Origin: a virus
Virus record (IMG/VR): IMGVR_UViG_3300029319_009044
Span: 32,001 to 96,000 of that record
Length of the DNA: 64,000 nt
Reading direction: 5' to 3' (one strand)
A program made the translations under genes and the position numbers. This document shows, one piece after another, positions 1-10,907 of the stretch. A model generated the notes under the pieces. It did not search any database. It was not told the DNA's origin and worked only from the letters and a program-made list of their open reading frames with translations. Numbering within the stretch: position 1 is the first letter of the stretch; the number at the start of each line of letters is the position of its first letter.

Positions 1-176
1 GCTCCAATCATCTCATTTAAATTAGAATAATTTTTACCGTAAGCTCTTATAAAGTTATCAATAAAAACTGTAACTACATAGTTTAACTCTCCAGCATTTT
101 GAGGTACATAATTTAACCCCGCAGCGTTAAGTTTATCTTCTACGTCTTCTCTTTGTGATGGTTTAATGTAAGGCAT
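1..176 (-). CDS. Conserved phage hypothetical protein, partial (runs off the left edge)
   Basis: Manual translation from ATG at 176: MPYIKPSQREDVEDKLNAAGLNYVPQNAGELNYVVTVFIDNFIRAYGKNYSNLNEMIG; MPYI...GELNY...NEMIG pattern is common in phages; overlaps the clamp-loader stop. Confidence 0.6.
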   Translation of the reverse strand, partial: MPYIKPSQREDVEDKLNAAGLNYVPQNAGELNYVVTVFIDNFIRAYGKNYSNLNEMIG

Positions 177-1089
177 TTTCTAAATTTACTAAACAGGCAA
201 AAGCGTTAATTTCTTTATCTACTACAAACGCACTTTTATATAAATGATCAGCAATAGTAGCTATACAAGTCTTCTTTTTGTTATCTTCTAAATTAGAGCT
301 GTATGTAAAATTTAAAAAGTTAGCTAACAAAGTATCATAATCTCCTTGAAATCTATCTTCATTTTCAATAAGATATTTTCTAGCTTCTAAACATTTATTA
401 CTAGCTAATTTTTTGTAAATTGTTTCGAGAAGCTCGTTATCGCTATTAATGTTAGCAATACACAGCTCTGAATCAATAACGTTCTTTTGAAGCTCATTGA
501 TCGCCTTCCGAAGATCGGGGAAGTGACGCTTAACGAGTTGGATGAATTTAATTTTTTGTTCATCTGATACTTTAATATTTTCTTTTTTAAGGATATAATA
601 GCATCGCTTAACAGCAAGTTCTACTACAGGTTTAATATCTAAAGCTTGACAGCGAGATTGCAAGGCAGGAATAATTTTATGCTTATAATTAGCAGTAAGT
701 ATAAACCTACAATACTTAGCAAACGTTTCCATAGTATTTCGCAAAGCAGCTTGCGCTTGAGGGGTAAGTCCATCTGCTTCATCTAGAATTACTACCTTTA
801 CCCCACCGTCAAAAGATTTAGTTTGAGCGAAATTAGTAATATTATGTCTGATAGTATCGATCCCAGACTCATCAGAAGCATTAATATAAAGATAATTACA
901 TCCGAGTATATCGTTAACAATAACTCTTGCAAGCGTGGTCTTACCAGTACCGGGATTACCAACAAAAAGAAGATTAGGAATTTCATTTTTAAACTCTTTA
1001 ACTATATTACGGGTACGTTCATCTAAGATAATATCATCTAGCTTAGCAGGACGATACTTCTCTACCCAAATTTTATCAAAGTCAATCAT
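163..1089 (-). CDS. gp44: Sliding-clamp loader ATPase subunit (T4 gp44 / RFC-like AAA+)
   Basis: WVEKYRP N-terminal box, Walker A GNPGTGKT, NASD, Walker B ILDEAD, SRC motif. Confidence 0.93.
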   Translation of the reverse strand: MIDFDKIWVEKYRPAKLDDIILDERTRNIVKEFKNEIPNLLFVGNPGTGKTTLARVIVNDILGCNYLYINASDESGIDTIRHNITNFAQTKSFDGGVKVVILDEADGLTPQAQAALRNTMETFAKYCRFILTANYKHKIIPALQSRCQALDIKPVVELAVKRCYYILKKENIKVSDEQKIKFIQLVKRHFPDLRKAINELQKNVIDSELCIANINSDNELLETIYKKLASNKCLEARKYLIENEDRFQGDYDTLLANFLNFTYSSNLEDNKKKTCIATIADHLYKSAFVVDKEINAFACLVNLENALH

Positions 1090-1091
1090 AA

Positions 1092-1514
1092 TTATTTACC
1101 AGAAGAACCAAAGCCTTTTTCACCACGAAGCGACTCTTCAATCTCACCTTCACTAACTTCAACATCATGATTATTATAAACTACAAACTGAGCAATTCTA
1201 TCACCTGCTTTGACTTCGTAATCTTTATCAGTTAAGTTATATAGCTTGATTCCAGCACTACCTCTATATCCGGAATCAATAATTCCCGGATGAGGCAGAA
1301 TACCATGTTTAAAGCCTAGGCCAGATCTACCTTCAATTCTAACCCAATAACCAGGCTCAATATATGCAAACTTTAACCCTACCTCAATAACAGCAGATCC
1401 CTTAGCAGGAATTACTTTATCTTCAACACAAGTAACATCTAATCCAGTATCGTCCTTATGATTCTTCGAAGGAAGGACAGCACTCTCGTCAGTCTTCTTA
1501 AATTTTAATATCAT
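1092..1514 (-). CDS. dut: Trimeric dUTPase
   Basis: GLD, RSGL, GIIDSGYRG, RIAQ and C-terminal RGEKGFGSSG motifs. Confidence 0.95.
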   Translation of the reverse strand: MILKFKKTDESAVLPSKNHKDDTGLDVTCVEDKVIPAKGSAVIEVGLKFAYIEPGYWVRIEGRSGLGFKHGILPHPGIIDSGYRGSAGIKLYNLTDKDYEVKAGDRIAQFVVYNNHDVEVSEGEIEESLRGEKGFGSSGK

Positions 1515-1521
1515 ATATACT

Positions 1522-1549
1522 ATAATAAGATACTTTGCAAAATATTCAA
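1522..1549 (-). promoter_or_regulatory. Sigma70-like promoter for dut (TTGAAT-N16-TATTAT-N7-ATG)
   Basis: Motif read directly; same geometry as seven other sites in the window. Confidence 0.5.
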
Positions 1550-1570
1550 GGGTAGATTAAATATATGTAA

Positions 1571-2011
1571 ATGGCTGAAGAATTAGATGAAGCTGTAAAT
1601 GATATTATTGCTCAATTGAAGCAAAATAATAAAGTTGTTAAGGCTCCCGTAGAAGAAAGTTTTCTTAATAAAGAAGACTTGGAAGATTTTCTTATTCAAA
1701 ATTCAGGTAAGCTTATTAAAAAATCTCTCAGTATAGTAGATAATGTAAATGATTATATTTCATCTGCACCTGAAAATAGAGATGTAGCAGCATTAGCTGA
1801 GCTTATAAAAGCTTCTTCATCTGCTATTGAGACTCTTAATAAATTACATGTAGCTAAAGAAAGAAATGAGACACAGATAGAGGTTAAAAAGATAGACGTA
1901 GAGAGTAAAGAGAGATTGAATATTGCTGATAATCAAACTAAAGTACTTTTATCAAGAGATGATATTATGAAAGCTCTTATTGAAGACGAAAAAGAAGTTA
2001 TAGACGTCTAA
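1571..2011 (+). CDS. Probable terminase small subunit (T4 gp16-like)
   Basis: Helical 146-aa protein; SSAPENRDVAALAELIKASSSAIETLNKL resembles the gp16 SPRAYEV...LIK core; late TAAATA at 1558-1563. Confidence 0.5.
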   Translation: MAEELDEAVNDIIAQLKQNNKVVKAPVEESFLNKEDLEDFLIQNSGKLIKKSLSIVDNVNDYISSAPENRDVAALAELIKASSSAIETLNKLHVAKERNETQIEVKKIDVESKERLNIADNQTKVLLSRDDIMKALIEDEKEVIDV

Positions 2012-2580
2012 TAAGCACTAGGACCGGGTACAAGATCACCTAAGTATTGCTGAGTATAAGAATCAGCTGCTGTAGATGGTGTAGCAGGATCAGAAGGAAT
2101 ATCAGTGTTACTATCTGGTAGAGATCTTTCGGGGTTTTCTCGAGCTTGTGGAGCTTCTGTTTTTTCTGCTTCTTCAGGCTTGATATTAACGTTGCTATCT
2201 CTTTTTACTGCATCTGGAATAGGGGGTAAGTTAGGGTAATATTCAACCGATTGGCCAAGATTACTTGGAATAGAAACATGATGGGTATAACGCCCTCCTC
2301 CGGAATCTAAAGCTAAGTCCAATACAACGTCAAGAGTAGTAGTATCAGCATTTGCTGGGTATCGAGCTGAAGTTGTATCTTTAATACCTACAACTCGGAC
2401 ATTTAATCCAGAGTCGATCATTTGTTGTAGTAATTCTTGAGTATTAGATCCAAGTTTTTTAAACTCATCAGTACTCTTAAAGTTATCGTTAAACTTAAAA
2501 CAATCACCTACTAGGAATCCTCCACGCTCGTATCTTCTCATATATGATTCATGCAGATTAATAAACTTTTTGTCAGCCAT
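2008..2580 (-). CDS. Hypothetical late protein (start probably ATG 2580, MADKKF)
   Basis: TAAATA-N5-ATG at 2580 favours this start over 2604; Pro/acidic C-terminus. Confidence 0.55.
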   Translation of the reverse strand: MADKKFINLHESYMRRYERGGFLVGDCFKFNDNFKSTDEFKKLGSNTQELLQQMIDSGLNVRVVGIKDTTSARYPANADTTTLDVVLDLALDSGGGRYTHHVSIPSNLGQSVEYYPNLPPIPDAVKRDSNVNIKPEEAEKTEAPQARENPERSLPDSNTDIPSDPATPSTAADSYTQQYLGDLVPGPSAY

Positions 2581-2625
2581 AATATTATTTATGCTACCTT
2601 GCATTGAATCATACAGTTCGGGCTG

Positions 2626-2892
2626 CTAATCTTTAAGAAACTCTGCTAAAGTATGGTAAGCAGTAAAGACTTCAATTTGATCTTCAGTAGCAGCTCCTAA
2701 ATCTTCCTCTATTTCGAAAGAATGAGATGTATGAGCTACTTTCTTAATAACCCATCTATTATCTTTTAAATACACTTCTCCAAATAACATAGAGGGAAGA
2801 TCTAATTTTTCATAAACAACATCCTTTACTGCATGTGCTAAATCAGAATTGGAGACATCTACACTTATACTAGCTTTACCATTAACGACCAT
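2626..2892 (-). CDS. Hypothetical protein
   Basis: 88-aa ORF preceded by AGGAAC-N5-TATAAT-N6-ATG. Confidence 0.55.
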   Translation of the reverse strand: MVVNGKASISVDVSNSDLAHAVKDVVYEKLDLPSMLFGEVYLKDNRWVIKKVAHTSHSFEIEEDLGAATEDQIEVFTAYHTLAEFLKD

Positions 2893-2946
2893 AATCTAAT
2901 TATATTATAGTTCCTTAATTCTGATATGCTACATTAAATATAATAA

Positions 2947-3435
2947 ATGGCGCTCATTAAATTAACAGATATAGCAGCTAGCGAGTTAGATAATTCTTCT
3001 CTCGAAAATGGTTATCTTTATAAAGATTTGTTTTTAGATTTAGATACTGCTGTTTATTATAACAGAGAACTTAACAAGAGTTCAGTTCTTAAAGATGTAC
3101 AAGGTTTATTTGATGAGAATGCTATCCGAAATAGTATTACAAACATTTTTTTAACTGCTCCAGGTGAAAAAATATTAAGTCCTGAGTTTGGATTAGATCT
3201 TAGACGCTACTTATTTGAACCTATTTCTGAGTTTAATGCTTTTGCTATTAAGGATGATATTAGAAATCGATTACCTATAATGGAACCAAGAATAGAGATA
3301 GATAGAGTAGGTGTTATACCTAATGCGGATTTAAATGAGTATCAAATAACTTTGCAAATTAATATTCCTTCTTTAAATGTGTATGGTATATCACTAAGAT
3401 CAACATTAAATAACAACGGATATTTTATATTTTAA
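2947..3435 (+). CDS. gp25: Baseplate wedge subunit (T4 gp25-like)
   Basis: YKDL, AIRNSITNIFLT-PGE...PEFG..L..YLFEP, EPRI motifs; late TAAATA at 2935-2940. Confidence 0.9.
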   Translation: MALIKLTDIAASELDNSSLENGYLYKDLFLDLDTAVYYNRELNKSSVLKDVQGLFDENAIRNSITNIFLTAPGEKILSPEFGLDLRRYLFEPISEFNAFAIKDDIRNRLPIMEPRIEIDRVGVIPNADLNEYQITLQINIPSLNVYGISLRSTLNNNGYFIF

Positions 3436-3437
3436 TT

Positions 3438-5273
3438 ATGGCTAAATCAAATAAAGATAACGAATTTCTAGAGTTTAACTTACCTCAAAACGCATATGTT
3501 GCTTTTGATGCTGTAAGTCTAAAAGATTATATAGTTAATAGACTTAATACAAATGAAAAGTTTACTGATCAAAATTATGATGGTAGTAATTTAGCTGCTG
3601 TAATAGATATTATTGCATATTCATATCATGTTTTGTTATTTTATTTAAACCAGACAGCCTCTGAAGTTAATTTTAATCAAGCTTCTATTTATGAAAATAT
3701 GAACAAGATAGTTAAGCTGATTGGTTATAAACCTTCTGGTAAACAAACATCTATAGTTCCTATTAATGCAGTTGGTTCAGCTGACATGGCTATAGGTAGT
3801 TATACCATAAGAAAAAATTCTTACTTTTTAGCTGATGGAATTCAATACAATTTTATAGATGATTATTCTTTTAATAAAACAACTACTGGATCAGAAACTA
3901 TAAAAACATTAAACGATACAGTAGTTTTATATCAGGGTACTGTAAAAGAATATCCTGATTATATAGCTCAAGGAGAAGAGTTTGAGCTTTTACCTATAGT
4001 TGTAAAAAATGTAGTAGATACCAATACTGATAAGTTTATAGCAGATAATACTATAGATGTATATGTAAAAGAAGCAGGTAACAGTACATACTATCTTTAT
4101 AAAGAAGTTGATAGTTTATATCTTTCTAATTCTACAGAAAGGGTATATGAAAAGAGGCTAAATGAAAATGGATTTTATGAAATTAAATTTGGAAGCGGTG
4201 TTTTTGGTAAAAAGCTAGCTGCAGGTGATATAGTTTCAGTAAATTATCTTCAATCAGATAATGCTCAAGGAATAATTAGTAAAAATGTAATAAATGGAAA
4301 TAAAATATTCATTTATGATTCACTAAGACAAAGAAGTATTTTTCAAGATACATTTGCTAATAAAGATGAAACAACATTTATCGATAATACTAATAGTTCA
4401 CTCTTAACTATAAATAACCCTCAAGCTTCTACTTCTCTTTCAGATGAAGAGACAGTAGATGAAATACGTAAAAATGCTCCTAAAGCATTTGCTTCTCAAT
4501 TAAGATTAGTAACTGAGTCTGATTATGAGTCTTTTATAGAGAAAAATTTAGCTAATGTTACTAATAGTGTAAAAGTTGTAAATAACGATTCATACATAAA
4601 TGAATATATAAAATATTTTTATGATATATGTATTGATCCAAATAAAGTAAATAGAGTTTTAATAAATCAAATTAATTTTGCTGATTCATGTGATTTTAAT
4701 AATATTAATGTTTTTTGTGCTCCATCATTTACTATTACAGAGGATAAAGCATTTCCCCCATATCTCTCTGAATCATTTAAAAATTTATTAGTCGAAACTT
4801 GTAAGGATAGAAAGATGGTCTCAAATACGGTAGTTCCTCGTGATCCGATTTACATGGCTTACGGGTTAGGTTTTACTAATTCAGCTGATTTAACTCTAGA
4901 TATTTTAGATCAAACTTTTCTTTATATAGTACGAGAAGTTAATAATAAAATTAACAAAGATACACTAAAAGCCAGAGCTGGTAATTTGATAAAAGCATTC
5001 TTTAATCCAAGTAATAATAATCTTGGTCAAAATTTAAAACTAAGTGAATTAGCTAATGATATATTATCTTTAGAAGGAGTTAGAAGAATTTATACTAAAA
5101 ATGATTCTAATGATAGTAGTATAGATACTGTTTCTTTTTTATCCTTTAATCCGGTTTACGAAACAAGCGATATAGCTTTAGTTAATCAAGATATAACTTT
5201 ACCATATTTCAAGTTCCCATATATGTATTCGCCGTTATCGATAACTAATCGTATTAAAGTAATAGATGAGTAA
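3438..5273 (+). CDS. gp6: Baseplate wedge subunit (T4 gp6-like)
   Basis: FTDQNYDGSNL..IIDIIAY, IGYKP, YEIKFGSGVFGKKL, ETVDEIRKNAP...QLRLVT..DY; follows gp25. Confidence 0.88.
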   Translation: MAKSNKDNEFLEFNLPQNAYVAFDAVSLKDYIVNRLNTNEKFTDQNYDGSNLAAVIDIIAYSYHVLLFYLNQTASEVNFNQASIYENMNKIVKLIGYKPSGKQTSIVPINAVGSADMAIGSYTIRKNSYFLADGIQYNFIDDYSFNKTTTGSETIKTLNDTVVLYQGTVKEYPDYIAQGEEFELLPIVVKNVVDTNTDKFIADNTIDVYVKEAGNSTYYLYKEVDSLYLSNSTERVYEKRLNENGFYEIKFGSGVFGKKLAAGDIVSVNYLQSDNAQGIISKNVINGNKIFIYDSLRQRSIFQDTFANKDETTFIDNTNSSLLTINNPQASTSLSDEETVDEIRKNAPKAFASQLRLVTESDYESFIEKNLANVTNSVKVVNNDSYINEYIKYFYDICIDPNKVNRVLINQINFADSCDFNNINVFCAPSFTITEDKAFPPYLSESFKNLLVETCKDRKMVSNTVVPRDPIYMAYGLGFTNSADLTLDILDQTFLYIVREVNNKINKDTLKARAGNLIKAFFNPSNNNLGQNLKLSELANDILSLEGVRRIYTKNDSNDSSIDTVSFLSFNPVYETSDIALVNQDITLPYFKFPYMYSPLSITNRIKVIDE

Positions 5274-7473
5274 TATAAAGACAGATTACGCTCTTTTTGA
5301 TGTAATAGATTATAAGGGAGAAAATAAGCTTTCTTCATATAATTTAGATCTTACACCTTTAACATTTAAAGCTAGAATACCAGAGGATGATGGGAGAGAT
5401 ATACCACTAAACGATCAAAAGGTAACTTTTGAGTTTGGTGATGGTACTTTTGGTAGTAATCTTTCTTCTAGCCATGTTTACCAATATCCCGGTGAATATA
5501 CTGTTAAAATGATTATAAGGGATTGTAAAAATAACTCAGTTTTAGCATACTACAGTACACCCGTAACTATTCATGACTTTGTAAAAAACACCTTTTCAGT
5601 AGAATTATCTCCAACTAATGCTACTACTATAGGTCTTTCAGCAGGTCAAATAACTGGACCTTTTACAGTAAAATCTCAAACTCCTTTTTATCAAGATTTT
5701 CAAGATATATACTATAGTATTTCAGGGTGTGACTTTGATAACTATTTTAATCTACCTACTAATAGATTTAATAGTTTAAAAAAATATTTTTCTATTTACG
5801 AGAGAGTATATTTACCTACTTTATCTAGCTTTGAATATGTTGAATTAGAAAAAATTAGCCTCACTGGGGCAAATATATATGCTAGAGTAGCTTCTAATGA
5901 ATTATTAGTACAGGGTTTGAGTTCAAGTTTATCAAGTGTTTATGCAGGTATTTCAGGTTCAAAAGAAATTTATATCAAAACTGATGATCAATCAGATAAT
6001 TTAAACATATCGTTTTTTAAAGATAGGTCTAATATTTTTGCTGATAGCTTTACAGGATATAAGAATAATGATTATACTAATAACCTTAACATTACTCTAT
6101 CATCTAATGTATTACCTACTTCTGCTCAAACACTTAGTGCTATAAAATTTTCTTCTAATGGAATATTTGGTGAAGGTATAGAGCAAGAACCGTTTCCAGT
6201 AAATAAAGTTCAATATAAAGGTTTAGGTATACCGTTTATTATTGCACCAGTCAATAACGATAACTATACTATGAAAGCTTTATCAGCAGGTACCCCATTT
6301 TTTGCTTTATTGTCAGGTGATGTTGAAAGTAGGCCTGCACACTATAGAGCAGCATTAACTGTGCCAACTAGTTATTATACTATATCTAGTTTAGCTAACA
6401 CCTTATCATCTATAGATACTAATTTTTGGTATAGAGGCGTACTTACTTTTGATGACTCCTTTAATAGTGAAATATCTGGTAGCCCTATAAGGTTATTCTT
6501 AAGTGCCGGTAATCAATATTCATTTAATACTAATTCGCAACTTTTGTCTACAGTAACTGGAACAACAGTTATATCAGCTTATCCTAAAAATTATTACGAG
6601 TTTTATAAGCATAATGAAAACTTTGACTTTGAAAGAAATATTAAAGATATGCGCTTTCAGGATATATTATTAGATAAAAATATATTCTTTGATGATTTTA
6701 TAGGTACTATATTTGGTAATGTAAGTAGTAGATATGATATACTAGGTAAAAAGCTTTATGAAAAGGTCTTTAACTTTGTTTCAAATAATGCTGATATCGA
6801 TATGTGTGATATTAATGCATTGGTAAGTATGTCAGATATGACTGATGACTATGGAATTATATTTGATAAAGCTTTAGCTCAAGAACCAGCAGAAGTAAAA
6901 AGATTTTTAGATACCTTAAGTGTAAATTATAATAAATTTAGAGGAGGTCAAAATAAATTTGATGAAAACTTCGATCCACAAGGAACTACTACTAAAGCAG
7001 TATATGGTAAAAATTTAGGAGATAAGATTGATTCCTTAACTTATGAAGTTACTGCAGGTAATGATTTAGTAGCATATGAAAAATTTAGTAACACGTATTT
7101 ACGTTTAAATACGTTTCAACCATTAAGTTCTCTTAGTGCTGTAAATACTGGAGCTGTAGCGAAAAATACTAATACTTATATGCTCAGTGATTATAGTAAT
7201 GAATCCTATAATGCGACGCTTAGTGGTGGTGATACATGGGGTTGGGGGTTAATTTTACCAGATACTTATAATATTGAAACTGTAAATAAATTTTATGAAT
7301 TTTATTCTTTATCAGCAACGTATGATAATACTGTTCTTAATGGTTTAATTGATTATAATAATGGTTTAACTACAGTTAATTTTACTGAACCTTTAGATGG
7401 ACTAGAAGGAGACAATAATATCTTTGATATTGTTATACGAAATTCGTTATTTAGTAGTCTATCTCTGTTTTAA
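5266..7473 (+). CDS. Baseplate/virion structural protein with N-terminal PKD domain
   Basis: FEFGDGT...SHVYQYPGEYTV PKD signature; overlaps the gp6 stop. Confidence 0.6.
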   Translation: MSNIKTDYALFDVIDYKGENKLSSYNLDLTPLTFKARIPEDDGRDIPLNDQKVTFEFGDGTFGSNLSSSHVYQYPGEYTVKMIIRDCKNNSVLAYYSTPVTIHDFVKNTFSVELSPTNATTIGLSAGQITGPFTVKSQTPFYQDFQDIYYSISGCDFDNYFNLPTNRFNSLKKYFSIYERVYLPTLSSFEYVELEKISLTGANIYARVASNELLVQGLSSSLSSVYAGISGSKEIYIKTDDQSDNLNISFFKDRSNIFADSFTGYKNNDYTNNLNITLSSNVLPTSAQTLSAIKFSSNGIFGEGIEQEPFPVNKVQYKGLGIPFIIAPVNNDNYTMKALSAGTPFFALLSGDVESRPAHYRAALTVPTSYYTISSLANTLSSIDTNFWYRGVLTFDDSFNSEISGSPIRLFLSAGNQYSFNTNSQLLSTVTGTTVISAYPKNYYEFYKHNENFDFERNIKDMRFQDILLDKNIFFDDFIGTIFGNVSSRYDILGKKLYEKVFNFVSNNADIDMCDINALVSMSDMTDDYGIIFDKALAQEPAEVKRFLDTLSVNYNKFRGGQNKFDENFDPQGTTTKAVYGKNLGDKIDSLTYEVTAGNDLVAYEKFSNTYLRLNTFQPLSSLSAVNTGAVAKNTNTYMLSDYSNESYNATLSGGDTWGWGLILPDTYNIETVNKFYEFYSLSATYDNTVLNGLIDYNNGLTTVNFTEPLDGLEGDNNIFDIVIRNSLFSSLSLF

Positions 7474-7488
7474 GGATAAATATGTTTA

Positions 7489-10359
7489 ATGGATAACATT
7501 ACTACAGGGTTTCCAAATGTTAATCAATCTATTACTAATCCTAATGTAAATAGTGATGAAGCATTAGATAAATTTGCACCTTATACTTTTTTACAGTTTA
7601 TCGAAACTGTAAGTGAAAGCTATAAGCCTGAGACACTTACTGCTTTCTACAACAACTACTTAAATAAGTGGAATACTAGAAATAAAGGTCTTAGTACTTC
7701 GAATGCTGATACTATAGTAGATAGATACAGAGACTTCTTAAAAGATATTACTTTAAATTTTTCCTCTAATGCAGAGAGAAAATTCTTAACTCAATTAGAT
7801 TTTACTGACAAATATGATTTGCAAATAGCAATGTCATTTTATAGTAAGAAGATAAGAAATATAGTTACTTACTATAAAAAGAAGCGTAACACTCTACATT
7901 ACACATTAACTAAAAGTAAAGTTAAAGGAAGTAGTATAGGGGTAGAGCAGGCAACTAAAGATTTAGTTATTGATTTTTTAGAAAATAGAAGTACAGGTGA
8001 AATCGATTATAATATTTCAGACTTAAAGAACAATCTATCTGTTTCAATAACAGAATATTATGATAATTATTCTCAATATTTTAATAAGCCTCCAAATGTA
8101 GAGGAGTACGGAGCTAATTATAAAGAGTATGAACCAGGTGGTTTACCAGAGGGTGACAATTTGTTTTTATCTTTAGAAACTGAAATTATAGATAAAATAT
8201 TTTCTTCGGTATCACAAAATATAAGAAATTTAAAAGAAGCAAATAATGTTCTAGATTCTAAAAAGAAACAAACTGAAAAGTATATAGGTACTGATTTTTA
8301 TTACCTTTCTACTGATAGAAATGGTAAGCCTGATATTGGTTTATTATTTGAAGCTGAAAAACCTTATGCAAACTTTTTAAACCAAGATTATCCAAGTACT
8401 GCCTCAATTTTTTCTGATGATATTATAAGTGAAAGAGACTTAGGATTTTTTAGATCTCACAATTCTGCAATAGCTACTATCCAAGGAAAAAGAATAGATT
8501 TTTATGAGAAGACTTCATATAAACCTAACCAACTTTACATATTTCCTGATCCTAATTTATTTACTAATAATAAAGGTATTTTAACTTTTATAGTAGATAC
8601 TACAGGTTCAATAAACAATAGAAGTAAAGGTGTTGCTATTAATCAACCTAACCCAGACAAAGAAAGTACCACATTCATAGGCTATTCTTCTGAAATAGGT
8701 AAAGAGAGAAATTTAGATACTGATCTTTCTTATCTTTATGATCAAGGTTATATCGATCAAAACAAAAAAGATATTTTTGGTAATATTTTTGGTTTAGTAA
8801 AAGATAATAATTATTATAGAGAAAATTTAACTACTGAAACTCCTAAAAATATTAAAAATTTAGTTATTAACGGTTATCAGTTTTTTGATGATTTATATGG
8901 TGAAGGTTTTAGTTTTAATTACGGTACAGAAGATTCTACCACTTATTCAGAAACTTTACGTTCTGGTATATCGTCATTTACTGGTGGGTTAACTGCAGGT
9001 GGTGATCTTAAGCCTGATACGCCCTTATCAGCTTATCATATTTTTAGTAGATTTTTTACTCCTTATCAAGAATTAAAACTTCCTACAAACTATCTTGAAG
9101 TAGATTATACAAGACCAGAATCTATTACATTTAATGCTAATGTATTAGAAGGAGCTTACTTTAGATTCTCAGATAATGAAACATTAGCAGATCCTGTTAG
9201 ATCTGGATTAAGTGCATTTACCGATTCTGCAGATCAATTTTATTTTTCCGATTTAGTAGAAGCAGGAATAGGTTATTATGATGGTAATTCTACTGTAGTT
9301 AGAGCTTTATGTGATAATACTGGCCCGGGTACAGCGTACACTGCAGGTGTTTCACTATATCAAGGGTTTTCAGGTAACTTTACTTATAATGTTAGGTTAT
9401 CTGGTAGTAATGGAGTTGAGAATTACGATGGTAGTAGATTTACTGATAATATCATATTTGATTATAAGCAAGCTGAACGAAGTTTTGATTATAAGGATGA
9501 TGTTTTTGATGTAACTGCCTTTTCTACTGTTGATAGTTCCAAAGAAAGCTTATTTGATCGTAAAAAACATTTAGGTAAAATTTACATAAAAAATGTAAAT
9601 AAAAATTCACAATTCCCAGCTGTAAAAGAATTAACTGATACTCTTACTTATTTATCTAGTAAATATAACTCTTCAGTATGTAACGAGCTTTCAACTAAGG
9701 TAGTTGATTTTGATATTATATATCAAACTCTCTTCATTGAAACAAGTTCATTTTTAGTTACTGAAAGAACTGTATATGAAAATAATGAATTTATTTCTCC
9801 TAATACATTTACCAATTCTTTGAATATAAATACTAACTTTTTTGATAAAGTGAGTAATAGACTTAGAGTAGATAGTAATGTATTTTTTGTAAAAATGGAG
9901 AGAGAGCAGAATGATTTTAAGGATATTAGACTATATCCTAAAATTTATAAGTATAGCTATAAAGATGATAAAACTGAGCAAATATTTCCAACTACAGGTA
10001 ATACTGCTGCTGCAGCTTCTTGTTATTTTGATTTATCTACATTTAATTCTGTTTATGTTGAATGTGGTAAGCCTAATTTAACTTATAGTAGTGATAACGA
10101 ACAATTTAATTTAGCAGTATTATTAAAAGATCAGAATAAAGCTCCATTATTAGTTAATTACTTATTTGAATATAAAGATAGTGTTAAATTTTTAGATTCT
10201 GCTTCTTTCGAGAGTAATAATAGTAGATTTACAGATAATTTCTTTAATTCTAATACAGGTTTAATAGATTTAAGTAATGTTAATTTTGCATTAACATCAC
10301 AAACTCCGCAAGTTTCAGCCTTTTTTACATCAGCATCATCAGCAGCTTTAATATTATGA
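7489..10359 (+). CDS. Large virion (baseplate/tail) structural protein
   Basis: 956 aa, Asn/Ser/Thr/Phe-rich, in the baseplate operon; late TAAATA at 7477-7482. Confidence 0.5.
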   Translation: MDNITTGFPNVNQSITNPNVNSDEALDKFAPYTFLQFIETVSESYKPETLTAFYNNYLNKWNTRNKGLSTSNADTIVDRYRDFLKDITLNFSSNAERKFLTQLDFTDKYDLQIAMSFYSKKIRNIVTYYKKKRNTLHYTLTKSKVKGSSIGVEQATKDLVIDFLENRSTGEIDYNISDLKNNLSVSITEYYDNYSQYFNKPPNVEEYGANYKEYEPGGLPEGDNLFLSLETEIIDKIFSSVSQNIRNLKEANNVLDSKKKQTEKYIGTDFYYLSTDRNGKPDIGLLFEAEKPYANFLNQDYPSTASIFSDDIISERDLGFFRSHNSAIATIQGKRIDFYEKTSYKPNQLYIFPDPNLFTNNKGILTFIVDTTGSINNRSKGVAINQPNPDKESTTFIGYSSEIGKERNLDTDLSYLYDQGYIDQNKKDIFGNIFGLVKDNNYYRENLTTETPKNIKNLVINGYQFFDDLYGEGFSFNYGTEDSTTYSETLRSGISSFTGGLTAGGDLKPDTPLSAYHIFSRFFTPYQELKLPTNYLEVDYTRPESITFNANVLEGAYFRFSDNETLADPVRSGLSAFTDSADQFYFSDLVEAGIGYYDGNSTVVRALCDNTGPGTAYTAGVSLYQGFSGNFTYNVRLSGSNGVENYDGSRFTDNIIFDYKQAERSFDYKDDVFDVTAFSTVDSSKESLFDRKKHLGKIYIKNVNKNSQFPAVKELTDTLTYLSSKYNSSVCNELSTKVVDFDIIYQTLFIETSSFLVTERTVYENNEFISPNTFTNSLNINTNFFDKVSNRLRVDSNVFFVKMEREQNDFKDIRLYPKIYKYSYKDDKTEQIFPTTGNTAAAASCYFDLSTFNSVYVECGKPNLTYSSDNEQFNLAVLLKDQNKAPLLVNYLFEYKDSVKFLDSASFESNNSRFTDNFFNSNTGLIDLSNVNFALTSQTPQVSAFFTSASSAALIL

Positions 10360-10892
10360 ATACTTATAACTTATCTATTTCTTCAACTAAAGACGATATC
10401 AATCAAAAGATAATTTTGAATGATATAGATTTATTTGATCTAACTGAAGTTACATTAGATATTTCTAACATATATACAGAAATATTTCCTAATTATTTAA
10501 GTATTGATTGGGGTGACGGTTCTCCTACTATTCAGCCTGATATAAAAATATATCGAGATTACAAAACAGAGTCAATATTTCCTGAACTTGATAAGGGAGT
10601 AACTCCAGTTACTTTTAGTAATAGTTATACCCATAGATATTTTCCTTCTTCTTATGCATTAAAAAAAGCGGTAACCTTCAAGATGAACGTGGGATATATA
10701 ACTGGTGAAACTTTGCAACTAAGCGCGCCTCTTGTAGTTAATTCACAAAGTTATTATGAAAATGTAGATGATATAGATATAATTGGATTAGATCTTATAA
10801 ATGATGTTAATAATAGTTCTAGAGTTTCATTTATAACTAAAAAGAACAATTATATAGTACAGCTAGATAACAAAACTTATAAAGAGAACTAG
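10356..10892 (+). CDS. Virion structural protein, PKD-like
   Basis: IDWGDG...THRY PKD-like pattern; ATGA overlap with the previous gene. Confidence 0.45.
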   Translation: MNTYNLSISSTKDDINQKIILNDIDLFDLTEVTLDISNIYTEIFPNYLSIDWGDGSPTIQPDIKIYRDYKTESIFPELDKGVTPVTFSNSYTHRYFPSSYALKKAVTFKMNVGYITGETLQLSAPLVVNSQSYYENVDDIDIIGLDLINDVNNSSRVSFITKKNNYIVQLDNKTYKEN

Positions 10893-10907
10893 GAATAAAT
10901 ATATAAA

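Noticed and set aside
405-1156. Short alternative-frame or antisense ORFs here and at 9311, 14413, 16572, 16776, 17222, 20304, 23867, 24215, 24872, 25997, 26736, 31615, 37957, 39347, 42955, 47970, 48550, 49325, 49820, 52910 and 62514
   Set aside because: They lie within or across well-supported genes, lack the promoter signatures and have shadow-ORF composition
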